Assembly: GCA_004431415.1 (NCBI GenBank)
Contig: QPMI01000477.1
Location: forward strand, 62,001-126,000
Origin: Cyanophora paradoxa CCMP329
Lineage: Eukaryota; Plantae; Glaucophyta
Reading direction: 5' to 3'
Length of the DNA stretch: 64,000 nt
Numbering within the stretch: the first letter of the stretch is position 1; the number at the start of each line of letters is the position of its first letter. The translations under genes and the position numbers were made by a program. Below are positions 19,371 to 29,526 of the stretch, in pieces. Below the pieces are notes generated by a model, which saw only the letters and a program-made list of their open reading frames with translations, made no database searches and was not told where the DNA came from.

Positions 19371-20282
19371 ATGACAACTGTATTCACGCCTGTGTTTTCT
19401 TTGAGTGCAAGTGCTGTCCACAATGTCCAACACACTGTTTATGATTTATCTCCAAGCCACCCTTCAACTGAAACAGCCAAAACCGATTCTTTTAATGAAC
19501 AAAGCATACTCAGAGTCAAAGAACTCCGAGCTGACAAGGCTGATGGAGTCGTTAAAGCTACTCAAATAATCGTATCGAATCGACCCGCAATCTCTTCGGG
19601 GCTGGTCACCAAAGAAAATCTATATGAAGGTCAACAGGATTCCAAAACGGCTTTTAATCCGGCTGATAGGAATTCGGCGGCTTTCCAAGTTTACAGTGGC
19701 GGGGCATGGATTGGGACTGGCTTGGGGGTGAATGGGAATGCGACAGTTAGTGGGACAGGCTCATTTACTGGATTACTCACAGCAAGTGGAGGAGTAAATG
19801 GAAGCACTGGGACTTTCTCAGGGCTTCTTACAGCAAATGGAGGAGTTACTGGAACCACTGGCACATTCAGTGGCAATGTTAAAATGAATAGTCACCCAAT
19901 GATGGGAAGATATGGAACCGCAGCAGGGGGAACCGGAAATACAGATGTGAAATTTGTCGACTATACCACTGGGTTTACAAGACTTGGGACATCAACTTTT
20001 GCTGAGGGTCGGTTTACCTGTCAAACAAAAGGAATATACGTTGTTCATGGTTCTGCATTAACAGATACTATGGCATCAGGCACAGGTAAACTGGAAATTA
20101 AGATAAACGGTAGTTCTGTGAGTCAATTTAGATTTATGATACCAATTGCTAATCTATATACTGGTATGGCAACAGGTGGTGTGGTATCACTTTCCCCGGG
20201 CGATTATGTAGAGATGTGGGTTCAGAATGCATGGAGAGATAGATGTGGACTTTATATAGCCATGCTAACCGCCATCGATTAA
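19371..20282 (+). CDS. Fibre paralog 1: shared N-terminal module, Gly/Thr shaft and C1q-like head
   Basis: LRVKELRADKADGVVKAT module, GTFSGLLTANGGV repeats and C1q-like GRFTCQTKGIY..VVSLSPGDYVEM. Confidence 0.8.
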   Translation: MTTVFTPVFSLSASAVHNVQHTVYDLSPSHPSTETAKTDSFNEQSILRVKELRADKADGVVKATQIIVSNRPAISSGLVTKENLYEGQQDSKTAFNPADRNSAAFQVYSGGAWIGTGLGVNGNATVSGTGSFTGLLTASGGVNGSTGTFSGLLTANGGVTGTTGTFSGNVKMNSHPMMGRYGTAAGGTGNTDVKFVDYTTGFTRLGTSTFAEGRFTCQTKGIYVVHGSALTDTMASGTGKLEIKINGSSVSQFRFMIPIANLYTGMATGGVVSLSPGDYVEMWVQNAWRDRCGLYIAMLTAID

Positions 20283-20304
20283 TTTTATTGCCTTAGAATA
20301 AAGA

Positions 20305-20568
20305 ATGTCGAACATATTCGAGGTGATTTTATCGAATACTGAAAAGCTGGCAATGGAATATATTGCGTTCTCTCCTGCTGAATGGATTATTAATGTAGTG
20401 AAAAGTCGTGCAATGTCGGCAACTGATGACATAGTAGCCAAAGAGGTTCAATCTTGCATTGCCGCTGGAATTCCGATTCCACTCACAAAGGAAGCGATTG
20501 TAGAGCAAGCGTTTAATCGGGGGACTGTTCGAAAGGCAAGCGAAATTCCTGTGAGTGCTCCTATGTGA
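20305..20568 (+). CDS. Small protein, putative fibre chaperone or partner
   Basis: 87 aa. EKLAMEYIAFSPAEWI.N..RA..DDIV..GIPIP..AF recalls small phage proteins found next to C1q-type tail fibres (from memory). Confidence 0.65.
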   Translation: MSNIFEVILSNTEKLAMEYIAFSPAEWIINVVKSRAMSATDDIVAKEVQSCIAAGIPIPLTKEAIVEQAFNRGTVRKASEIPVSAPM

Positions 20569-20693
20569 AGAATTCGAAGAATGAGAGATGGGTTTATTGT
20601 TATTTTTCATAGAGCATGCATAAGAAAGGCATGTATCTTGCATGTCCTTCTTGAAAGTCGTTTATTTTTCTTTCCTTCTTAGTAAAAGAAGCA

Positions 20694-21548
20694 ATGGGTG
20701 AATATAATCGAGTTCAACTGCCCATATATTCCCTTGGATCCCCAGCAATGCACTTTCGCCAGCATGAAGTTAATGATGAGGTTCGTGGTTTAGAATCAAC
20801 AGAGAGACCCAATTCCAATGGTAACTCTTTTGATAAGAATTCGATTATTCGAGTTAAAGAACTGAGAGCAGACAAGAATTCGGGTGTGGTTAAAACAACT
20901 CGACTCCTTGTCTCAAATGCGAACTTCTTCCAACCCACTAATGGAGGTCCTGATGCTTACAGTGTAGACCTGAAAGCCCTCGATTTTGACAAGAATTCTG
21001 CTGCTGTAACTGTGAGATCAGGTGGAGCATTTATTGGTGGTGGTTGCAGAGTTTCAGGTCAACTCTCCTCATCAATTGCATACAATGATGTCCCAGATAC
21101 TCTCGATCAAAATGTGGAGAACCCACAACGAATTCGGTTCTATACACCAGTTGCACAGCAACCTTTTCTTCACTTCTATGTTGCATCATCTGTCACTCTT
21201 GAAAATTCAGAGTTGGTTTCCATTACAGGAACTGATCGTGTGAGAAGGAATATTCCTCTTCCCACAGCAATGCTTTCGATGTGCAGAGCAAACAACAATC
21301 AACCAGGTCACAATTACCTATTCTTTGTTCAAGCATCAAATCATTTCGGTCGGGGATATTGTGTATATAACAATTTGACATTTACTTATGATTTGTTTGT
21401 CACTGAGGTAGGAGTTTACAATACTATGATTATGGGACTGAGAACAGATATAGCAGCTGTTTCGGCACTTCGTGGGGTGAATGTTGCTGATATCTTTACA
21501 ACCGGATTTTACCAGGAGCCAGATGTTATTGACGATCCTACTCCGTAA
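20694..21548 (+). CDS. Fibre paralog 2
   Basis: IRVKELRADKNSGVVKTTRLLVSNANF and SAAVTVRSGGAFIGGG are shared with paralogs 1 and 3. Confidence 0.8.
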   Translation: MGEYNRVQLPIYSLGSPAMHFRQHEVNDEVRGLESTERPNSNGNSFDKNSIIRVKELRADKNSGVVKTTRLLVSNANFFQPTNGGPDAYSVDLKALDFDKNSAAVTVRSGGAFIGGGCRVSGQLSSSIAYNDVPDTLDQNVENPQRIRFYTPVAQQPFLHFYVASSVTLENSELVSITGTDRVRRNIPLPTAMLSMCRANNNQPGHNYLFFVQASNHFGRGYCVYNNLTFTYDLFVTEVGVYNTMIMGLRTDIAAVSALRGVNVADIFTTGFYQEPDVIDDPTP

Positions 21549-21574
21549 AATATATATATATATGTTTAATATAA

Positions 21575-22408
21575 ATGGCTGAACCACCTCCAATTGAGCG
21601 TATTGTTACAACACAGCTTTCATTAGCTGCACCAGCTAACCACGTTCTGCAGCATGCTACTTTCGATGATGTAGAAGGTCTGCAATCGACCGAGGTTCAA
21701 CCGACAATGAATACCTTCGGATCTACACATAAACTTAGATTGCAGGAACTCAGATGCGATAAAAATAATGGTATAGTTAAGACAACGAAACTTCTTGTCA
21801 CAAATGCAAATTTTAGCGCAAATTATGGCGATCCAGACAGCTATAGCTCCCCTATTTCGACTTATTCTTTCGAATCTCGTTCTGGAGCTATTAACTGTCG
21901 AAATGGCGGCGCATATATTGGTGATGGTCTTCGAGTTGGCGGAGCTGTTGGTGCTCCTCTCTTTGTAAACGACACGCCAAACCCGATCGACAATCTGACG
22001 CGGATTCGGACGTACGTGCCCAGTATGAATGCACCATATATTATAAAGATCTTTCCAATCGTTGTTAATGAGCAGACGTCTGTAGTTGATTCTCTTGTGG
22101 AAATTGGTGATCACTACAAGGTAGTAGTGGATATCCCACCTGATATTTATGCTCTTTGTCAAGTAGAGGGAGGAACACCCAATATTTCAGTTGTGATCAC
22201 TCCATATGACAACTTCGGAATTGCTTACCATGGTGTAAATTTCGGTCTTGAAGACTACCAGTTTTTAGTAAGAGCCACAAAGTTTGGAATCTACAAGTGC
22301 ATTCTCTATGCAGAAAGAACCGATGCTATTGCAAAACAAAATATGTATGCAGAGTACGTGGGGACAAACAGGTATTTTCCTATATTCGGCAGCGATACGG
22401 CTCCATAG
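21575..22408 (+). CDS. Fibre paralog 3
   Basis: LRLQELRCDKNNGIVKTTKLLVTNANF and SGAINCRNGGAYIGDG are shared with paralogs 1 and 2. Confidence 0.8.
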   Translation: MAEPPPIERIVTTQLSLAAPANHVLQHATFDDVEGLQSTEVQPTMNTFGSTHKLRLQELRCDKNNGIVKTTKLLVTNANFSANYGDPDSYSSPISTYSFESRSGAINCRNGGAYIGDGLRVGGAVGAPLFVNDTPNPIDNLTRIRTYVPSMNAPYIIKIFPIVVNEQTSVVDSLVEIGDHYKVVVDIPPDIYALCQVEGGTPNISVVITPYDNFGIAYHGVNFGLEDYQFLVRATKFGIYKCILYAERTDAIAKQNMYAEYVGTNRYFPIFGSDTAP

Positions 22409-22443
22409 CTTCCTTTGTTTTTTTTATATTTTTCCAATAATAG

Positions 22444-22761
22444 ATGGATCTGCTCCGTAAATGCATGGACATGTTCCATCTCAACGTCACCAGCAAATTG
22501 AAATGCAGTTGCTGCGAGACAACTATTAACCTCGAAATATCTGACACTGAGGGGTCCCGCACCCCTGATACTCAGCTATCGCCTAATAACACACCCGGGA
22601 CTTCTAGGTCCAATTCTCCTTTTACGCGATCTGACTCACCTGTACCTTGGCTTGATGCTGAAGGTCGAAGATTATCTTGGCCACCCCCAAAGCCGCTGAA
22701 AAGAAGGAAGTCCTTGCTATCAAGTTTCCGAAAGGAGAAGCAACCCGATCAAGTGGAATGA
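22444..22761 (+). CDS. Small hypothetical protein (KCSCC motif, Ser/Pro-rich, basic tail)
   Basis: AATAATAGATG start; the stop codon overlaps the inner edge of the right TIR. Confidence 0.6.
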   Translation: MDLLRKCMDMFHLNVTSKLKCSCCETTINLEISDTEGSRTPDTQLSPNNTPGTSRSNSPFTRSDSPVPWLDAEGRRLSWPPPKPLKRRKSLLSSFRKEKQPDQVE

Positions 22762-23167
22762 GGCCGCACCAGACCGCTCTGGGGGCTCGAAGAGCAGGAA
22801 GCCTTCTGGCTGACGCTCCCGTCCTTACGTGCGGCTATAGCTTAACGCTTTTTCCTCGTTTAGCTTCTCTGTACACATCAATTACATCTAGCTAGAGCTT
22901 AACACGTTTCCTCGTTTAGCTTCTCTGTACTCATTAATATCGCCTAGCTATAGCTTAACGCATTTTCCTCGTTTAGCTTCTCTGTACTCGCTCTCACGCC
23001 CTCCAATCTCCATATCCATGCTTTTCCCATCAACACATCTACTTGTAACACGTCTAAAATTTTTCAGGGAAAATGTTAGTTGATGACGCTAAAATGGGGT
23101 GGATCCCTGAAGGTAAAATCAGACTTGTCGGCGGTTTGATTTGGGGGGGGTCCTCCCCATAATAATA
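22760..23167 (-). repeat. Right terminal inverted repeat (408 bp)
   Basis: Reverse complement of 3310-3717, followed by the TSD GACGCT. Confidence 0.97.
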
Positions 23168-25149
23168 GACGCTGGCCAATGTAATAGCTTCTTTTGGTTT
23201 TTCATACGTACACAGAGCAACTCAAATTAAAACAAATTTAATGCGTGCGCAGGCTTTCAAGTGGACGGCATCGACTTCGACAGCGTCGGCGGCCGTGTGC
23301 GTGATGCCGATCGCAATTCCGGCTTAATTATTTATTTATACCCGTATGCATATGCGTGTCTATCTCGCAGGCCGTTCGTGTCGATGGCATCTGGATCCGC
23401 GCTGCCAAACCTTGCGGCAGCAGTGATCTCGGCTGCACTTGCAGTTACCTTGAGCTTGGGGATTCGAATTTCTGCTCGTTTCTGAGCACAATGGCAATTG
23501 CAAGCTCGGCCGATACCATGCCTTCGACTATATATGCTGCAGTAGACCAAGTCCCTGCATAAAATCTCTTTCGGTTTTCGTTTTGACTTTCGGTAGATTA
23601 GGTAAATTAAACTTGAAAGCTTCTAGCGGTCCTTGCAATTGTACCATTCATGGAATGTTATAGCTATAGTTCTTGACAGTATATGCATACACGTGCATAG
23701 ATATCAGATAGTGCACAGATATATAGTACTAGTCGCGATCGCGCGCGCGCGCATGCACATATGTGGCTCGGCTGGGTAAGGCTACACGGTGCATACGCAT
23801 ATGCATGTGCAACCCGTCTAGCTTCACAGCGCTAGCTGGTCATATATGCATGCATATGACCCCAACCGGCTGGCCCCAAGGCCGGAGACCCCAAGTGCAC
23901 GTGCACAGGCCCCCAGCGGGCCCAGCCCAGCCCCCCACGACCGGTACCCCCCCCCCCCCCCCCCCAGCTGCAGGCCACTGAGGCTGATTATGAGATCTCG
24001 TTGGGCCTTCGAAAATTCCGAAGGCATTCATGATCACAGGATCCGGAGCTAAAAGATCTAGATCTAGACAACTATATATAGCTATATATAGCTATAGGCT
24101 GCGCATGCATCTTGCGATTAATATTGTCAACCCTCGATCGTAACTTATTAAGCACATGTGCGCATGCATGCGCATCGTTAACGTTCATGGTCACTTAAGA
24201 TCAGATTAAATTACAGTTCATGCCCTGATCAATTTGTATCAATGGTCATAATGGGAGCGTGAGAACGACCCACAAAGCGCTCGAGCTTGCGAGACTCCAA
24301 GCGCGATTTGGCATGGGTAGCATTGTACCCCTTGGGGCCATCCATTGTTTCCATCCATTCGAATGGCGCAAGGAAGAACATCGTCAGTATCCTGCGCATG
24401 CGAAGCCCTTTAGCTTTTCATCACTCGAAAGAAAACAAAAAGGGGGGGGGGGGGGGGGGGGATTCGAAAAGGGCCAGCTGGGGTAACGTGTGAAGCTCTC
24501 TAAAAGGGAGCTCGAGGGGTTACACCACCGCTTTTTTAAAAAAACAAAAACGTTTGCACCGCTTTAAACCTTTCGTGACGGGGGCGCCCCTGTGCACAGC
24601 TGCATCGTGGCAGAAGAGCGAGTCCTGGCGACGGACGGCAGGTCAGAAAGAAGTTGATATCTAGATCTGGACGATTTCGCTTAATAAACTTGGGAGAAGC
24701 GATTGGCGCAGAAGTGAAGCGTTTAGTATGCGATAGGATGCCTCTTAATACATATTTGATGTTCACTATCGCGCGGATGCAGTACGCGATTTTCCTGCAG
24801 CTAGGGCCACACGAATTCGAGGAGGAACCGGCCAGTTTCGCGGCGGGTTAGCCGAGCTAGCAGTGCGCCCGGCCGGCGTCTTATTGCCCCAGCGTTCGAG
24901 TCCCGGGAAGGGCAGTTGGGGGGAGCGGGGGGGCCTGGGCGGGCCTTGAGCTGCCTAGAGCTGTCGAGGGCTGAAGAGGGGGCCGGGGCGCGGCCCCGGA
25001 GAGCGCCGACTTTTGCATAGAGCGGCTTTCGCGCGGAAGTTAAATTATCCTCGATCTCGCCTGATCTAGAATGCACCCCAGACGTGCTCGCTTCTGCGCC
25101 AATCGCTCACTGTGCCCCGCTAGAATTTCTTCTGGATTGGTATGGCATT

Positions 25150-26850
25150 TATTGAGCACGCAATGAAAGTTCTTCACGAAGGCTCGCCTCCGTCAAAGTG
25201 TTGAATTTAAGAACCCAACCTGAGGATCAAAATGAACCAATATTAATTGCAGGCCTGAGCTCGCGCCATGGACAAAAGCAATATCACCTGGCGGCGCTCT
25301 TACGCTCAATCCCAGGTTCTGTGCGATCGGTTCCGGTTCCGGAATTATTCATTAGCGAATGCTCCGAAAGTTCCAAACAAGATGCGCATCCTCTGCTCAC
25401 TGGAAACTCGGTGTGGCCGCCTTCAAAATCGTTATTCAACCAAATAAGGATTCCTGTCCTGAACTGACGCCCGTCTCCGAATCTGTCACAGTGTCAGTGT
25501 CCGACCAAAGGCTGTCGACGAAGGCAGGGCCCGTTCGCGTGGTAAATAATCTTTGCAAGATTACAGCGTACTTTGTGTACCAGTCGCTGCAGTCTTCGGC
25601 GCAGCACGCGTCCGTATGATAGCCAGTGTGGAACGAGTACTCCTCGACCTTCTCAGGGTTCTATCGCATGCGCAGCAAGTCAGGGCCTGGTTCACTCCTG
25701 CAGAAAACTTCGGCACATTCTAATTAATAGTCACGAACGCGTGCCTGGGTTGCGGCCATTATACTGCAAGAGAAGTACAAATGGAAGAAAACCGCGTCAT
25801 GATCAGCGTGCAAAATGTAAATATACGGATCCGGATCCGGATCGCAGGACGCACTTGTTGATGTACATCTTTGCACGCAGATCGCTGTAGCTGTACGTCG
25901 GCCCAAGGCGCTGGATGAGTCGATCGACAATGTCCTTCAACCGCGTGCGATTGTCCAGACCCGGAACTGTCATCATCATGTCAACGTCGACGTCGACCGG
26001 ATCTAGATCTAGATATAGAATAGATATAAGATCTAGAGAAGACGGAGACTTTAAATGGCTTCACGATATCGATCAGCTAATTTATATATAAATCGACACA
26101 TGCATATATATATGCCGCAGTGCCGCACAGTGCGGATTGATGTGTTGCTTGTAGACTGCAGCTTCCAGGCTGCGATCTGCCTCCTCGTTGAGATAATTGA
26201 TTTCCTCTGCGTTCAAGAAGTTGAAAAGCTGCGCGCGGCAAATTAAAGACTTTGAATTCGTTTCCTTGCTCCCTCGGAAATTCAAGAGCGCGAGTGCGCA
26301 CCTCGGGCTCCTCATACGGGCCGTCGACGTTGGCCCGTTCAGATGCATGGTCATGGTCATGATCAGCTGCAGTAGTCGCAGCGATGAACTCATGATCACC
26401 TGCAGCTGCAGCCGCAGCCGCAGGCATGGTGGCATCGCCTCCGCGAGCTGTACTACACGGCTCGTGCACATATATATCACCGTCATGTCCATCTGCGCAT
26501 GCGCAATCGCGAGCTTCATTGGCCATGTACTACGGTACGTGTACACGAGCACAATGCATATGTGCACCGGAGTCGGAAACTTGCGCTGCCCATGTGCATA
26601 CATGCGAGGCCGCCAGTAGGCAAAGTGCCAGCAAGAGCGAGATCGGCAAAGAGCTCGAGGCTCTAGATCTCATCTTCGAGCCGGCCGCGGCTCCAGCTGT
26701 GCTCGTGCTATACGAATTCGAATGTATGGAGACCGCGGTCGCGTCCAGCGCCTGCTGCGAATTCGAATGCAGCTGCAGCGCCATGTACATGCGGCTCCGC
26801 GGCCGACGCCCTCGTACGCGTTTTCTGCAGCTGCAGACAGCGCCCATGGC
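25150..26850 (-). CDS. Multi-exon host gene, 2OG-Fe(II) oxygenase / prolyl-4-hydroxylase-like; boundaries approximate
   Basis: Minus-strand exons read GYHTD (HxD, ~25610-25624), GILIWLNNDFEGGHTEFP (25401-25454) and NLGLSVRAPPG. The distal His was not located. Confidence 0.5.
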
Positions 26851-27512
26851 CATATAACGCATCTGCGTTCCGAGAGTCATACATATATATAATATAAAGT
26901 GAACGGCTGCGTATACGTACCACGAGCACGCATATGTATTCTGAGTTCGAATGCACTAGTACTAGTACTTCGGCACCCGGGTCGAAACTCGCATCAGCGA
27001 GCGAATACTATATATGATACGCCTTCGCGTATACGTACGGTATATATAGACTCTGAGCCTCTGAGATACCGGCCGACTCCCGGACTCCGGGAGTCCGATA
27101 CGCCGCGCGGCCGCGGGCGGCGGGCGCCGCCGCGCCGGGCGCCCGGCCCCGGCGGCGCGCGCCGGGCCGCGGCCGCGGCCGGGCGCCGGCCCCGCCGCCG
27201 CCCGCGGCCGGCGCCAGCCGGCGGCCCGGCGCCCGGGCCGCCGGGGCCGGGCGCCGGCGCAATGTCGCTCGAATTTTTACGTAATAACAAAATATAAGCG
27301 ATGCAATTAATTAATTGCGCAACGTTAACCGCTTATATACTCGATCCGATGATCGATATATCGTACCATAGTATCATAGTCTGCACACTGGTACCCTCTT
27401 CAAGGGCCTCTTGGCTTCTTCCGTCCTATTAAACCGTCTGCACACGTACGGTGACGTACCGTATAAAACAATATTAATGCGCTCAATATTAATGCGTTTT
27501 TGGACCCGGACC

Positions 27513-27553
27513 CCTACGGGGGGTTCGCCCCACCGTAGTCTCTCAAAAAAAAA
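27513..27553 (+). mobile_element. Short hairpin+poly(A) retroposon, copy A
   Basis: CCTACGGGGGGTTCGCCCCACCGTAGTCTCTC followed by A9. The same sequence recurs inverted at 37416, 42497 and 60337. Confidence 0.75.
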
Positions 27554-29526
27554 TACACTATAAATTAAAATGCGGCACTAAATTAATGCGTTTTGAAATT
27601 TTTTGGTGAATTACCGGCCACAGTCTCTAGACACCAGCACTGCGGGGGCTGCCCAGGGGGCATAGAGACAAAAAAGCAAAATAACTAAGACAAGAGCACG
27701 AAGAAAGATAAGACAAAGAGCCAAAATCGACAATAAAAAAGGAAAGACACAGAGCTCGAGACAGATCGATTGCGAGAAGAGACGATAAATCGAGCAGATC
27801 TAGGGACAGAGGATAACTGACACGAAGAAGAGCCAGAGCTAGAGGATAACTGACACGAAGAAGAGCCAGAGCTAGAGATACCATCAATATCAGAAGGAAT
27901 TACATCACTAAGAAGCGGGGGACAAAATTGAGAAAGATAAAGAACAGGAAGAAGACAAGTAAGAGGAACAACAAGACGACATGGAGGCGGAGGCGAAGCA
28001 GGACGATGCGAAAGGGCAGAGCTACGGCACGAGGTCGAGGAGGACACAGGAGGCGGAGCAGGCGGATCAAGAGCAGGCAAAAGAACAGTCAAAGGAATCA
28101 CTAAAGCCGGCCGGGGTCGAGGCGGGCAATCGAACTGCAAACGACGGCGAACAACAGGTCGAGCACGAGGACTATAGCTAGTATTGAAACTAACTCTAGC
28201 ATCAACACTACGATCAGAATCCGAACCAGACCGAACTAAACTAGAAGACGAAGAAGTACGCCGGCGCCGGCGGGATACGATCGCGACCAGCGAAGCAGAA
28301 GACAAGGACAAAGGCGGTAGTCCGGTATCAAGAACAAAGGCCGGAGGGTCCGGCCCGGCAAACCGCCGGGGGGAAGTAGAAGGAAGCCTTTTTGCTGCAA
28401 ATGTGGGGTATACGTACAGACCGCAGTTTCTTAGCGCTTCAATATTATAAATTTATAATGCGGCCCCAAATTAATGCGGCCCCATATAATGCGAACTTTG
28501 CGAAGTTCGGAAGTTCTTCCCCCCGCGTATATTTATGAAATATATACAGCCACTGATCGAACCGGCCACGCTCTGTACCCGGGTTCTGCAGCACTGCGGC
28601 AAAGCGCTCAGCGGCTCAGCGGGCCCGGGCGCTAGCGCTCATCGGCGGAGTCATCATGGCATCGATCGGCCCGGCGGGCGCGGCCGTCCGACGGTCGCGG
28701 CGACGCGGCGGCGTCGCCTCGAGCTCGAGCTCAGCACTGAGCTCAGCAGCCTCAGCTGCAGCGAGCCGCCTGCGGGCCGCGGCCTGCCTCTCTTCGGTAC
28801 GCCGTAGTACGGTACTACTAGTATTCCGAAGTTCGGTAGCGGTACCGGTGGGCGGATCGAGCCCTCGGAGGGCGGACCGTCCGACGCAATAGTAGTCGGT
28901 CGGGCGCGCTCTGATATCGATGGACGTCGATAGAGATCATGGTCACCGGGTGCCGCAGTGCGATGGCGCAGGGGCACGAGCCTGATCATGGCCACTGGGC
29001 CATGAGCCAGATCTGGCCGCGGACCCCGGCCCGCCGCCAGCGTCTTTGAGCTGCATGCGCAGCTGCAGCGGCGACCTCAGCGCGCTGCCCCTGCAGCTGC
29101 CATGTCGCTTCAACCGCTGTCATGGCCAGACAGCAGCAGCCACGTGCACGTGCGCGCCGTCTCAACGCTATTGCAAGATCTAGATGCAGATGTGCGCACG
29201 GTACCGGTTGAATCCCGCATCCGCGCATGCTCTCGCGGATCGCAAGTGTCTGGCGACTACCCTGTTAAGCGTTGCACTTGCAATCGCAGGCGCCAGCGTC
29301 CCGCACAAAGCGGCCGTCAGATGTGGCCATGGCGCCATCGATCTCAGAGCCACATGGCCATCACGTGCACGGGCGCCGGAGCGGCAGCGAGGCGCGCGAG
29401 ACCCATCGCGAGGCATGGCGCTCGCAATTGCACGTGGAGCGTCGGCTGGATCGCGAAGGGCACCGCAGCCCGTCGCGGTTGGCGCCAACGCTGCAGCTGG
29501 CCATCGACGGCGCGGGGCTGCAGGCG

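Larger units (their letters stand above)
3310..23167. mobile_element. Complete endogenous Polinton/Maverick-like virus, 19,858 bp
   Basis: 408-bp TIRs and 6-bp TSD GACGCT (3304-3309, 23168-23173). Dense intronless ORFs, visibly more AT-rich than the host, encoding pPolB, rve integrase, packaging ATPase, MCP and pentons. Confidence 0.97.

Noticed and set aside
27610-28400. Purine-skewed tract with a 33-bp tandem duplication and a 208-aa minus-strand ORF
   Set aside because: It may be a repeat fragment, but no termini, TSD or domain could be identified.
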